Assembly (NCBI GenBank): GCA_001874155.1
Contig: MPDB01000008.1
Coordinates: forward strand, 30,176 to 94,175
Direction of reading: 5' to 3'
Length of the DNA: 64,000 bases
Source: Vibrio sp. MedPE-SWchi
Lineage (GTDB): Bacteria > Pseudomonadota > Gammaproteobacteria > Enterobacterales > Vibrionaceae
The stretch's first letter is position 1; every line of letters begins with the position of its first letter. This document shows positions 9,155 through 19,150 of this stretch, in pieces. Below the pieces are notes generated by a model. It searched no databases. It saw nothing but the letters and a program-made list of their open reading frames with translations, and was not told the origin of the DNA. The position numbers were made by a program, and so were the translations under genes.

Positions 9155-9870
9155 TAATCAGACCTCTACTGCTTTGACAGTTTTCTGCCCTGTCTGATAC
9201 CAGTATTGTGCGCAAACATACTGGTACATATTGAATCCATTCTTGTCAGTAGATTATTCTGACAATTAACAAGGCCATCAATTTGGCAAAAAACTCACAG
9301 AAAAGCAACAAATAGAGGATAAAAACTCGATATCGAACATTTTTAAAGCGAGGTGTGTAGATAATTATGCACAATCAGTGCATTTAATATTGGTATTACC
9401 AATTAGGTGCAGAACGCACCAACATGAGCAGCACTAGCAGCATCACCTAAAAGCATCACAGAAACCCGAAGATCATAAAACCTTAACCGCGAATAATTAA
9501 ACAAAGATATTAATCCGCCCACATTTAACAATACAGAAACATCAACTGCAATAGTCAAAATCACTAGATAAAGAGACCAGAAATAACACCCAAATAAGCC
9601 AAAGACACTTAATTAAACTTTCATTTAGGTGAGGTAATCATTACACAAAACAATATAGAGTAGTCCAATATCAAAATCGCTGTGTGATACGGCTCAAGAT
9701 TGCTCAAAAAGGACGTAAGCGATAGAAGATTATCTCTTAGATGGGACGAATCTAATTCACTTGATTAGAGGGAAGGCTGCATTGTCATAGCGCTTTAGTT
9801 TATTAAGAGGCACTTATAAAGGCTCACTTCAAGGAACTAAAATTTGGGGGGGTAGAGTTTTCTACAGATG

Positions 9871-9903
9871 AAAAAAAGCCCCAGTCTTTCGACTGAGGCT
9901 TCT
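9871..9903 (-). terminator. Terminator of the tRNA operon
   Basis: AAGCCCCAGTC-tttc-GACTGAGGCTT hairpin with an A7 run on +. Confidence 0.8.
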
Positions 9904-9908
9904 TAAGG

Positions 9909-9985
<77 letters not shown>

Positions 9986-10040
9986 AGATGTTTCGTTTGA
10001 TTTCTCAAACTGGGAACTTCAAGGAAGCTACCAAAATTAA

Positions 10041-10117
10041 TGGGGTGGCTAACGAGATTCGAACTCGCGACCACCGGAATCACAATCCAGGGCTCTACCA
10101 ACTGAGCTATAGCCACC
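10041..10117 (-). tRNA. tRNA-His (GTG)
   Basis: GGTGGCTATAGCTCAG...TTGTGAT...GTTCGAATC...GCCACCCCA. Confidence 0.97.
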
Positions 10118-10158
10118 ACTAATTTTTTATATAACCACTTAAGCGATTATTGAAATAG

Positions 10159-10235
<77 letters not shown>

Positions 10236-10320
10236 ACGAATTTTATTTCGATTCTTGGGATGTCACTTGAATCAAAATTGGAAGCTGTCATTTACTCAGT
10301 AAATTAAGCTACCTAAATAA

Positions 10321-10397
10321 TGGGGTGGCTAACGAGATTCGAACTCGCGACCACCGGAATCACAATCCAGGGCTCTACCAACTGAGCTATAGCCACC
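10321..10397 (-). tRNA. tRNA-His (GTG), second copy
   Basis: Same sequence as 10041-10117. Confidence 0.97.
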
Positions 10398-10442
10398 ATT
10401 AATCTTTTGCCAATATGCCACTTACTTATGCAAGCATCCGGA

Positions 10443-10519
<77 letters not shown>

Positions 10520-10540
10520 ATGCCCTATCGGCGGATGGGA

Positions 10541-10569
10541 ATAATACGTATATCACACTATGTCGTCTA
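10541..10569 (-). promoter_or_regulatory. Sigma70 promoter of the tRNA operon
   Basis: TAGACG-17 nt-TATTAT on the - strand, followed by a GC-rich discriminator TCCCATCCGCCG. Confidence 0.65.
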
Positions 10570-10816
10570 GTACTTTTTCAACTTTTTTTATCGTTTGGTG
10601 CCTTTTTGGACAATAAAAGTGTGACAAAGACCAATTTCACAAATAATAATCATTGGGTAGAGGATAACTTGTTGTTTAATGCAACAAGTTATCAGGATAT
10701 AATCACCCAATGTTTACATTGATTTAACAGCCATCAAGGCCAATAAGTCATAGAAAAAACTGTCAACTATATAATTGGTAAGCATGTACTTACCTTGGGA
10801 ATTTAAAGTGAGTTTA

Positions 10817-11230
10817 ATGGATATGTCTCAACGAATCTTAACTGTATTGTTCGCGGCTTTAATGTCTTCTACAGTAGCGTGCGCAGCAAGTGTTAGCCCA
10901 GAAGAATACGATGCCATCGCCGAGCGCATAAAGCCTGTCGGTGATGTTTACCTTGCAGGCAGTGAGCCAGTAGTAGAAGCGCCAAGCGGCCCTCGCGACG
11001 GTAACACGATTTACGGCATGTTCTGTACTGCTTGTCACAGCAGCGGCGTTGGCGGTGCACCTATAACAGGTGATGCTGGCGACTGGGGCTCTCGAATTGC
11101 TCAAGGTAAAGATGTGCTCGCTGAGCATGCAATCAACGGTTTCAATGCGATGCCAGCGAAAGGCGGTTGTATGGACTGTTCAGACGATGAAATCATCGCT
11201 GCTATTGAACATATGATTGAAGGCATTTAA
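10817..11230 (+). CDS. Cytochrome c5 family protein
   Basis: Signal peptide; RIKPVG; CTACH heme motif; GFNAMPAKGGCMDCSDDE. Confidence 0.92.
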   Translation: MDMSQRILTVLFAALMSSTVACAASVSPEEYDAIAERIKPVGDVYLAGSEPVVEAPSGPRDGNTIYGMFCTACHSSGVGGAPITGDAGDWGSRIAQGKDVLAEHAINGFNAMPAKGGCMDCSDDEIIAAIEHMIEGI

Positions 11231-11283
11231 TCGTCTTTATATAGAAAGCGACGACGCTCTTTATATCGATTCTTCGTATTAAT

Positions 11284-11315
11284 AGAAAAGGCTTGGTTTA
11301 TACCAAGCCTTTTCT
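11284..11315. terminator. Bidirectional terminator (cytochrome c5 / rep)
   Basis: AGAAAAGGCTTGGT-ttat-ACCAAGCCTTTTCT. Confidence 0.8.
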
Positions 11316-11395
11316 TTGTCTACTCTTTGCCTATTAACTCGTGCCACCCTGTAATTATCGGCTGAGCTTCACGCTTTAACTTCTATCGCGATCCA

Positions 11396-13411
11396 TTACT
11401 TCTTAAACATCGCGCGCAGGTTAGCAATATGGTTCTGCCCTTTTTCCATTCTCTCTTCCGCCGAAACTGGCTTCTTGGTTGACTCCCATTCAATATCGTC
11501 AAAAGGGAGCTCATCTAAAAAGCGGCTTTGAGAAGGCTTTATCAACTCACCATACTGACGGCGCTCTTTACACATTGTAAAGGTCAGTTCTTTTTGCGCT
11601 CGAGTAATGCCCACATACATCAGGCGGCGTTCTTCTTCGACGTTATCTTCATCAATGCTGGTTTGGTGAGGTAAGATCCCCTCTTCAGAACCAAGCAAAT
11701 AGACGTATGGGAATTCGAGACCTTTCGACGCATGCAGTGTCATCAACTGAACCGCATCGCTGTCTTCATCGTCTTCACCACGCTCCATCATATCTCTCAG
11801 CGTTAGCTTCAATACGACTTCTTTCAGCGTTTTCTCTTCTTGATCGTAGTTATCCCCCTCGAGGTCAGCCACAATCCAAGAGTAGAGTTCCGAAACATTC
11901 TTCATTCGCATTTCAGCGGCTTTGGCACTTGACGAGGTTTCGTATAGCCAGTCTTCGTAGTTAATATCTCGCACAAGAGAGCGAACCGCCTCTACTGTAT
12001 TACCACGCTCAGAATTATCGGCAAGGGCGACAATCCATTGAGTAAAGCGTTGCAGGTTTTCAAGCCCACGCCCCTTTAAGTGTTGCTCTAGTCCCATCTC
12101 GAAACTGGCGGCAAAAAGGCTTTTACCACGCATATTCGCGTAACTGCCCAGTTTCTCTAGAGTAACCGGACCGATTTCACGACGAGGTGTGTTCACGATT
12201 CTCAAAAACGCATTGTCATCGTCAGGGTTCACTAGCACTCGCAAGTACGCCATGATGTCTTTAATCTCGGCACGAGAGAAAAATGAGGTACCGCCTGATA
12301 ACTTATAAGGCACACGGTTTTGCATCAACGATTTTTCAATCAAGCGCGATTGGTGGTTACCGCGATAGAGGATGGCGTAATCTTTATAGTTGGTTCGATT
12401 TAAGAACTTATGCGCAATCAACTCCCCGGTCACACGTTCCGCTTCGTGCTCTTCATTCTTCGCTAACAGAACCTTCAGCTTTTCCCCTTCGGGAATTTCT
12501 GAGAACAAGGTTTTTTCATACACGTGTGGGTTGTTGGCGATCAGAATGTTGGCAGCGCGCAGAATACGACAGGTTGAGCGATAATTTTGCTCAAGCTTGA
12601 TGAGCCTTAGGTTTGGGTAATCCTGACCAAGTAAGACCAAGTTCTGAGGCTTCGCACCACGCCAAGAGTAAATGGATTGGTCATCATCACCCACGACCGT
12701 GAGTCGCTCACGCGCACCAACGAGCAGCTTCACCAACTCATATTGGCTGGTGTTGGTATCTTGGTACTCATCCACCAACAGATAGCGAATGCGATTCTGC
12801 CAACGTTCACGCACCTCTTGATTGGTGCGAAGCAGCAGCACTGGCAGGGAAATAAGGTCGTCAAAGTCGAGCGCGTTGTACGCTTTCATTTGCTTTAGAT
12901 ACATCTCATAGCAAAACGCAAACAGTTGCTCTTGCTCTCCCACCGCTCTCGCTTTGACTTGCTCAGCGGTGAGCATGTCATTCTTCCAGTTAGATATCGT
13001 ACTCAATAGTTGACGCAATAAGTCTTTGTCGCCATCAAGCTGCTTTTCCGTTAGCTCTTTAAGCAGCGCCATTTGGTCTTGGTCATCGAAAAGAGAGAAC
13101 CCAGCCTTGAGGCCGAGAACCTTGTATTCGCGACGGATGATGTTCAATCCTAATGTGTGGAAGGTCGACACCATCAACCCTTTCGACTCTGATTTACCCA
13201 GAGTTTGCCCCACACGCTCTTTCATTTCGCGGGCCGCCTTATTGGTAAAGGTCACCGCGGCAATATTTCGAGCTTTATAGCCACATTGCTGAACCAGGTA
13301 AGCGATCTTATTGGTGATAACTCGCGTTTTACCCGAGCCGGCACCCGCTAGCACTAGACAAGGTCCAGATACATATTTTACCGCTTCATCTTGTTGTGGG
13401 TTCAGCTTCAT
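11396..13411 (-). CDS. rep: ATP-dependent DNA helicase Rep
   Basis: [11 protein letters not shown] start; [58 protein letters not shown]; 671 aa. Confidence 0.97.
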   Translation of the reverse strand: MKLNPQQDEAVKYVSGPCLVLAGAGSGKTRVITNKIAYLVQQCGYKARNIAAVTFTNKAAREMKERVGQTLGKSESKGLMVSTFHTLGLNIIRREYKVLGLKAGFSLFDDQDQMALLKELTEKQLDGDKDLLRQLLSTISNWKNDMLTAEQVKARAVGEQEQLFAFCYEMYLKQMKAYNALDFDDLISLPVLLLRTNQEVRERWQNRIRYLLVDEYQDTNTSQYELVKLLVGARERLTVVGDDDQSIYSWRGAKPQNLVLLGQDYPNLRLIKLEQNYRSTCRILRAANILIANNPHVYEKTLFSEIPEGEKLKVLLAKNEEHEAERVTGELIAHKFLNRTNYKDYAILYRGNHQSRLIEKSLMQNRVPYKLSGGTSFFSRAEIKDIMAYLRVLVNPDDDNAFLRIVNTPRREIGPVTLEKLGSYANMRGKSLFAASFEMGLEQHLKGRGLENLQRFTQWIVALADNSERGNTVEAVRSLVRDINYEDWLYETSSSAKAAEMRMKNVSELYSWIVADLEGDNYDQEEKTLKEVVLKLTLRDMMERGEDDEDSDAVQLMTLHASKGLEFPYVYLLGSEEGILPHQTSIDEDNVEEERRLMYVGITRAQKELTFTMCKERRQYGELIKPSQSRFLDELPFDDIEWESTKKPVSAEERMEKGQNHIANLRAMFKK

Positions 13412-13555
13412 GGGGTTCTCTATCGTATGTAAGACATTCGTTTTTGTATGAGGGGCTATAATAATCCTGCAACTCATCGAATGCTATCTTCTAATTGATA
13501 AGATTTTTTTAACAGAAATGGATTTGTTTGTTGCATTGATCGCCACTTATCAGGC

Positions 13556-13580
13556 TATAATGAATGAACGTTCATTCATT
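13556..13580 (+). promoter_or_regulatory. -10 element overlapped by a perfect 22-bp palindrome (probable TetR operator)
   Basis: TATAAT at 13556-13561; AATGAATGAAC|GTTCATTCATT at 13559-13580, just before the TetR ATG. Confidence 0.75.
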
Positions 13581-13591
13581 CATGGTGTCCT

Positions 13592-14173
13592 ATGATAAAT
13601 AAGCCAACCGATGATAAGCGTCAAAAGATATTACTTGCGGCTGGAACTGTCATTGCAGATGCCGGACTGCAAGGATTATCAATGCAACGATTGGCCAAAG
13701 AGGCTGGCGTCGCAGCCGGTACGATCTATCGATACTTTGACGATAAAGACCACTTAATTGAAGAACTTAGGTTGCATGTCGCTCAGAGAATTGCTGACGT
13801 GGTACAAGAGGACATTGATGAATCGATGCCCTTAAAAGAGCGCTATCGCAAGATGTGGCTCAATATTTGGAGCCTAGTGGGATCGGACATTGCGATGTTA
13901 AAAAATCGTATCCAATATGATTCGACCCCAATAGGTCATCACAGCGCGACTCGTAAAGAGGAGCGTGGCATGTTCAAAGAAGTCTTTAATTTATTTGAAC
14001 AAGGTAAAGAGCAAGGTGTTTTTAAACCGCTCGATAATGAATTGCTTTCGGCACTGAGCTTGGAAACAAGCGTCACACTTGCTCGTAAGCATACTTTTGG
14101 AATGTACCAACTCAGCGATGATGCCATTGAAGAAGCCATCGATGCCAGTTGGGATGCCATCATTAACCACTAA
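13592..14173 (+). CDS. TetR/AcrR family regulator (VexR-like)
   Basis: N-terminal HTH LSMQRLAKEAGVAAGTIYRYFDDK; first gene of the RND operon. Confidence 0.92.
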   Translation: MINKPTDDKRQKILLAAGTVIADAGLQGLSMQRLAKEAGVAAGTIYRYFDDKDHLIEELRLHVAQRIADVVQEDIDESMPLKERYRKMWLNIWSLVGSDIAMLKNRIQYDSTPIGHHSATRKEERGMFKEVFNLFEQGKEQGVFKPLDNELLSALSLETSVTLARKHTFGMYQLSDDAIEEAIDASWDAIINH

Positions 14174-14191
14174 CTTCGGAGTTTCAGCAGA

Positions 14192-15298
14192 ATGAAAAAG
14201 TGGACTTTCTTTATGCTACTTATCGCCATTGTCTTATTTGGCAGTGTGATAGGCTTTAATCTATTCAAGCAGCAAAAAATTGCTGAATACCTGGCAAATC
14301 GCCCCGAGCCTGAGTTCCCAGTCACAGCCGTAGAAGTTGAAGCGGTGAACTGGGTACCTGTGATTGAAGCGATTGGTTTCATCGAACCTAACCAAGGTGT
14401 GACCATTGCCAATGAGACCAACGGCGTGATTGATAAGATCACCTTTGAGTCTGGTACTCAGGTAGAAGAAGGTCAGTCACTCGTCAGACTTGATTCTGAT
14501 GTTGAGATTGCCAACCTGAAAAGTGCACAGGCACGTTTGCCGGCTGCGGAAGCAAAGTACAAACGCTACCAAGGCTTGTATAAGAAAGGGTCTATCTCAA
14601 AAGAAGCGTACGATGAAGCAGAAGCAAACTACTATTCATTGTCTGCCGACCTAGAGAGCCTAAAAGCCTCGATTGATCGTCGTGAAATCAAAGCACCTTT
14701 CTCTGGGGTTGTGGGTATTCGTAACGTTTATCTAGGCCAGTACCTTCAAGCTGGTACCGATATTGTTCGTTTAGAAGACACCAGTGTGATGCGTTTGCGT
14801 TTCACTGTGCCTCAAACAGACATCAGACGCATTCGTATTAATCAAACAGTGGACATCTTTGTCGATGCCTACCCTGACAGACCATTTAAAGGCTCGATCA
14901 GTGCCATTGAACCGGCAGTCAGTGTACAAAGTGGTCTTATTCAAGTTCAGGCAGATATTCCTAATAGTGAAGGTCAATTGCGTAGCGGTATGTTTGCACG
15001 TGCCAACATCATTCTTCCTGAGCTAGAAGACCAAGTCGTGTTGCCACAGACGGCGATTACCTACACGCTATACGGTGACAACGTGTACATCATTTCAGAG
15101 CAAGATGGTGAACAACGCGTACAACAGCACGTGGTTAAGATTGGAGAGCGCAGTGCCGATATTGCACACGTTCTAGAAGGCATTAAAGCGGGTGATCTGG
15201 TGGTAACCAGTGGTCAGGTTCGTCTCAGTAACGACGCTAAGGTACGCGTTGTTGAAAGTGATGCAACCACCCCGCCTGCTCAAACACCAATGCTGTAA
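14192..15298 (+). CDS. RND efflux periplasmic adaptor (VexA-like)
   Basis: TM anchor; IKAPFSGVVG; LRSGMFARA; EGIKAGDLVVTSG. Confidence 0.93.
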   Translation: MKKWTFFMLLIAIVLFGSVIGFNLFKQQKIAEYLANRPEPEFPVTAVEVEAVNWVPVIEAIGFIEPNQGVTIANETNGVIDKITFESGTQVEEGQSLVRLDSDVEIANLKSAQARLPAAEAKYKRYQGLYKKGSISKEAYDEAEANYYSLSADLESLKASIDRREIKAPFSGVVGIRNVYLGQYLQAGTDIVRLEDTSVMRLRFTVPQTDIRRIRINQTVDIFVDAYPDRPFKGSISAIEPAVSVQSGLIQVQADIPNSEGQLRSGMFARANIILPELEDQVVLPQTAITYTLYGDNVYIISEQDGEQRVQQHVVKIGERSADIAHVLEGIKAGDLVVTSGQVRLSNDAKVRVVESDATTPPAQTPML

Positions 15299-15309
15299 CT
15301 GGAGTAATT

Positions 15310-18300
15310 ATGCGCTTTACTGATGTTTTCATAAAACGTCCAGTTCTGGCGGTATCGATCAGCTTCTTGATTGCCTTGCTTGGTATGCAGGCGATCTTCA
15401 AGATGCAGGTTCGAGAATACCCAGAAATGACGAACACAGTAGTAACCGTGACCACGAGTTACTACGGAGCGAGTGCCGATCTCATTCAGGGCTTCATTAC
15501 CCAGCCCTTAGAGCAAGCCGTCGCTCAAGCCGATAATATCGACTTCATGACCTCTCAATCCGTGAACGGTCAATCGACTATCACGGTGACGATGAAGCTC
15601 AATACCGATCCAAACTCGGCACTGTCTGACATATTGGCCAAAACCAACTCGGTTCGATCCCAGCTTCCTGGCGAGGCAGAAGATCCAACCGTGACCATGT
15701 CGACCGGTTCTACTACCGCGGTATTGTATATCGGCTTTACCAGTGACGAATTGGCATCCAGTCAAATCACCGACTATTTAGAGCGCGTTATCAACCCGCA
15801 GCTCTTTACTGTCAGTGGTGTTTCTAAAATCGACCTTTATGGCGGTATGAAATACGCGCTTCGTGTGTGGCTTGATCCCTCAAAAATGGCGGCACTGAAC
15901 CTAACCGCAACGGATGTGATGGGCGTGCTTAATGCCAATAACTACCAGTCAGCAACAGGTCAGGTCACCGGCGAATTTGTTATCTACAACGGCAGTGCCG
16001 ATACGCAAGTATCCAACGTCGCCGAGCTAGAAAACCTGGTTGTAAAAGGCAACGAAGGTCAGATCATTCGTCTTGCGGATATCGCAAAGGTTACACTTGA
16101 AAAGAGTCATGATGTCTATCGTGCGAGTGCCAATGGGCAAGAGGCTGTGGTTGCCGCGATCAACGCTGCGCCAAGTGCCAACCCAATCAACATTGCCGCT
16201 GACGTGCTTGAGCTTCTGCCTACACTAGAGAAGAACCTGCCAAGCAACATCTCAATGAATGTGATGTACGATTCGACCATCGCGATTAACGAGTCTATTA
16301 ATGAGGTAATTAAAACCATCCTTGAGGCCGCGCTGATCGTACTGATTGTTATCACGCTGTTCCTAGGGTCATTCCGCGCGGTATTGATCCCGATTGTCAC
16401 TATCCCACTCTCTTTGATTGGTGTGGCGATGGTTATGCAGGTAATGGGGTTCTCATGGAACTTGATGACACTGCTGGCAATGGTACTGGCTATCGGCCTG
16501 GTGGTCGATGATGCCATCGTTGTTCTCGAGAACGTGGATAGACACCTAAAACTGGGGGAATCTCCGTTTAGAGCCGCAATTATTGGTACGCGTGAAATTG
16601 CCGTTCCGGTTATCGCAATGACACTCACATTGGGCGCGGTGTATGCGCCTATCGCGATGATGGGTGGTATCACAGGTTCGTTGTTTAAAGAGTTTGCATT
16701 GACACTCGCCGGGGCTGTATTTGTCTCTGGTATCGTCGCGTTAACGCTTTCTCCAATGATGTGTTCAAAGATGTTGAAGGCCAATGAAGAGCCAAGCAAA
16801 TTTGAAAAGACGGTTCACAGCGTACTCGACAGAATGACCAATCGTTATTCTCGTATGTTGAAATCCGTCATGGCGCATCGACCTGTGGTGATTGCCTTCT
16901 CTGTGATTGTATTCTCGGTTTTGCCCGTGTTGTTTAGCTTTATCCCTAGTGAGCTTGCTCCCTCAGAAGATAAAGGGGTAATCATGTTAATGGGTACGGC
17001 GCCATCGAACGCGAACCTTGATTACATGCAAAACACCATGAACGACGTAAACGCCATCCTCTCAGATCAGCCTGAAGTATCGTTTGCTCAGGTATTCACC
17101 GGCGTTCCGAATGCTAACCAAGCCTTTGGTATTGCGTCTATGGTGCCTTGGAGTGAGCGAGAAACGAGCCAAGAAGAAGTTGCCAACCGAGTAACCGGCT
17201 TAGTTAGTGGCGTTCCAGGCATGGCGGTCACGGCATTCCAGATGCCAGAGCTTCCAGGTGCCGGTTCAGGCCTACCAGTTCAGTTTGTTATTACCACGCC
17301 AAACAGCTTCGAGAGCCTATTTACCGTAGCTTCCGATGTGCTTGGTGAAGTGACCGCGAACCCTATGTTTGTGTATTCTGACCTAGACCTTAACTTTGAC
17401 TCTGCAACGATGAAAATCAACATCGACAAAGACAAAGCTGGGGCGTATGGCGTCACGATGCAAGACATTGGTATTACGTTAAGCACTATGATGGCAGACG
17501 GCTATGTTAACCGTATCGATCTGAATGGTCGTTCGTACGAGGTTATCCCTCAGGTTGAGCGTAAGTTCCGTCTCAATCCTGAATCGATGAACAACTACTA
17601 CGTTCGTGCAGCTGACGGTAATGCAGTGCCACTGGGCAGCCTGATCAGCATTGATGTGATTGCCGAGCCTCGCTCATTGCCTCACTTCAACCAGCTAAAC
17701 TCAGCAACAGTAGGTGCCGTTCCGGCTCCAGGTACGGCTATGGGTGATGCGGTAAATTGGTTTGAAGGTATTGCAACAGACAAGTTACCAAGCGGGTACA
17801 ACCACGACTACATGGGTGAATCACGCCAATACGTTACAGAAGGAAGCGCACTTTACGCGACCTTTGGTTTGGCACTGGCGATCATCTTCTTAGTTCTGGC
17901 GATTCAGTTTGAGTCTATTCGAGATCCACTGGTTATCATGGTATCGGTACCATTGGCTATTTGTGGTGCCTTGATTGCCTTGGCTTGGGGTGCAGCATCA
18001 ATGAACATCTACTCTCAGGTGGGTCTCATTACGCTGGTTGGCCTTATCACTAAACACGGTATTCTTATCTGTGAAGTGGCAAAAGAAGAGCAGCTGCACA
18101 ATAAGAAGTCTCGTATTGATGCAGTGATGGAAGCGGCGAAGGTTCGTTTACGTCCAATCCTAATGACGACAGCAGCGATGATTGCGGGTCTTATCCCACT
18201 GATGTACGCAACAGGGGCAGGCGCCGCGCAACGTTTCAGCATCGGTATTGTTATCGTTGCGGGTCTTGCGATTGGTACGCTATTCACGTTATTCGTACTG

Positions 18301-18432
18301 CCAGTGATCTACAGCTACTTAGCCGAAAAGCACAAGCCATTGCCTGTGTTTGTGGAAGATAAAGACTTAGAGAAGCTAGCGCGTATCGATGAAGCGAAAG
18401 CTGCTCAACGAGAAGTTTCTAATCCAAGCTAA
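15310..18432 (+). CDS. RND efflux permease (VexB-like)
   Basis: FIKRPVLAV; GLVVDDAIVVLEN; ALTLSPMMCS; RLRPILMT; 1040 aa. Confidence 0.95.
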   Translation: MRFTDVFIKRPVLAVSISFLIALLGMQAIFKMQVREYPEMTNTVVTVTTSYYGASADLIQGFITQPLEQAVAQADNIDFMTSQSVNGQSTITVTMKLNTDPNSALSDILAKTNSVRSQLPGEAEDPTVTMSTGSTTAVLYIGFTSDELASSQITDYLERVINPQLFTVSGVSKIDLYGGMKYALRVWLDPSKMAALNLTATDVMGVLNANNYQSATGQVTGEFVIYNGSADTQVSNVAELENLVVKGNEGQIIRLADIAKVTLEKSHDVYRASANGQEAVVAAINAAPSANPINIAADVLELLPTLEKNLPSNISMNVMYDSTIAINESINEVIKTILEAALIVLIVITLFLGSFRAVLIPIVTIPLSLIGVAMVMQVMGFSWNLMTLLAMVLAIGLVVDDAIVVLENVDRHLKLGESPFRAAIIGTREIAVPVIAMTLTLGAVYAPIAMMGGITGSLFKEFALTLAGAVFVSGIVALTLSPMMCSKMLKANEEPSKFEKTVHSVLDRMTNRYSRMLKSVMAHRPVVIAFSVIVFSVLPVLFSFIPSELAPSEDKGVIMLMGTAPSNANLDYMQNTMNDVNAILSDQPEVSFAQVFTGVPNANQAFGIASMVPWSERETSQEEVANRVTGLVSGVPGMAVTAFQMPELPGAGSGLPVQFVITTPNSFESLFTVASDVLGEVTANPMFVYSDLDLNFDSATMKINIDKDKAGAYGVTMQDIGITLSTMMADGYVNRIDLNGRSYEVIPQVERKFRLNPESMNNYYVRAADGNAVPLGSLISIDVIAEPRSLPHFNQLNSATVGAVPAPGTAMGDAVNWFEGIATDKLPSGYNHDYMGESRQYVTEGSALYATFGLALAIIFLVLAIQFESIRDPLVIMVSVPLAICGALIALAWGAASMNIYSQVGLITLVGLITKHGILICEVAKEEQLHNKKSRIDAVMEAAKVRLRPILMTTAAMIAGLIPLMYATGAGAAQRFSIGIVIVAGLAIGTLFTLFVLPVIYSYLAEKHKPLPVFVEDKDLEKLARIDEAKAAQREVSNPS

Positions 18433-18476
18433 TGGGTTTCACTCATCTCGATTGATGGCAATGAATTGATATCAGC

Positions 18477-18503
18477 AAAAAGGTCACCTCGGTGGCCTTT
18501 TTT
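18477..18503 (+). terminator. Terminator of the RND operon
   Basis: AAAAAGGTCACC-tc-GGTGGCCTTTTTT. Confidence 0.75.
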
Positions 18504-18614
18504 ATTCGCCGTACCTTTTCGACATTCCGACACCGCACATTTTTTCCACCAACTAGCGACTTTTATGCTCGGTTTAAATAGAATGGGTGCAAATTAATAG
18601 GAGTTTTAGCCCGT

Positions 18615-18866
18615 ATGTTTGATCCAAAGAAATTAGAGCAAATCGCTAAGCAGATTCATGACTCAATGCCAGCCCCTGTTAAAGAGCTTGGTGCTGATGT
18701 TGACCAGAAAGTTCGCCAGGTAATCCAAGGTCAACTGAACAAATTAGACGTAGTAAGCCGCGAAGAGTTTGACGTACAAACTCAAGTGTTGCTTCGTACT
18801 CGTCAAAAGCTAACAGAGATGGAGCAAAAGCTTGCTCAACTCGAAGAGAAGCTAGCGGATAAGTAA
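18615..18866 (+). CDS. ubiK: Ubiquinone biosynthesis accessory factor UbiK
   Basis: [11 protein letters not shown]...[24 protein letters not shown]. Confidence 0.93.
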   Translation: MFDPKKLEQIAKQIHDSMPAPVKELGADVDQKVRQVIQGQLNKLDVVSREEFDVQTQVLLRTRQKLTEMEQKLAQLEEKLADK

Positions 18867-18890
18867 CCACCCCACTCTCTCAAACCCATT

Positions 18891-18925
18891 AAAAAGGGCT
18901 TGGTCATCACTGACCAAGCCCTTTT
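18891..18925. terminator. Bidirectional terminator (ubiK / ilvC)
   Basis: AAAAAGGGCTTGGTCA-tcac-TGACCAAGCCCTTTT. Confidence 0.85.
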
Positions 18926-18953
18926 ATTTTTATTCGCTTTTGACATGAGAAGC

Positions 18954-19150
18954 AAATACGTAGGATTAGAATGTAATTTTAAGGAGAAGGCGCTGAGTTT
19001 ACGCTAGTAAATGAGCACCTTCGACACAGTAATTACTTTCTAGACTAAAGATTTCGCAGCTATAGAGCTTAAGTTCAAGGAGTAAACACGGAGTTTGCGA
19101 GTAGCAAATGAGTATTTCCGACAAAGAACTTACACTCTAGAGCAAAGAAA
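18954..19150. repeat. Two tandem, diverged ~97-100-bp palindromic (hairpin) units in the ilvC 3' region
   Basis: Core hairpins 18967-19042 and 19063-19139 share TAGA..AAGGAG..GAGTTT..AAATGAG..CGACA.AG..TCTAGA and are each self-complementary. Confidence 0.8.

Noticed and set aside
16116-16799. Long antisense ORFs (also 28149-28784, 33085-33570, 60826-61236 and others)
   Set aside because: Shadow frames of well-conserved genes; no independent signals
18954-19150. Tandem hairpins as a CRISPR array or integron attC/VCR sites
   Set aside because: Only two diverged units, no unique spacers, no cas genes, and no RYYYAAC/GTTRRRY ends or cassette ORFs
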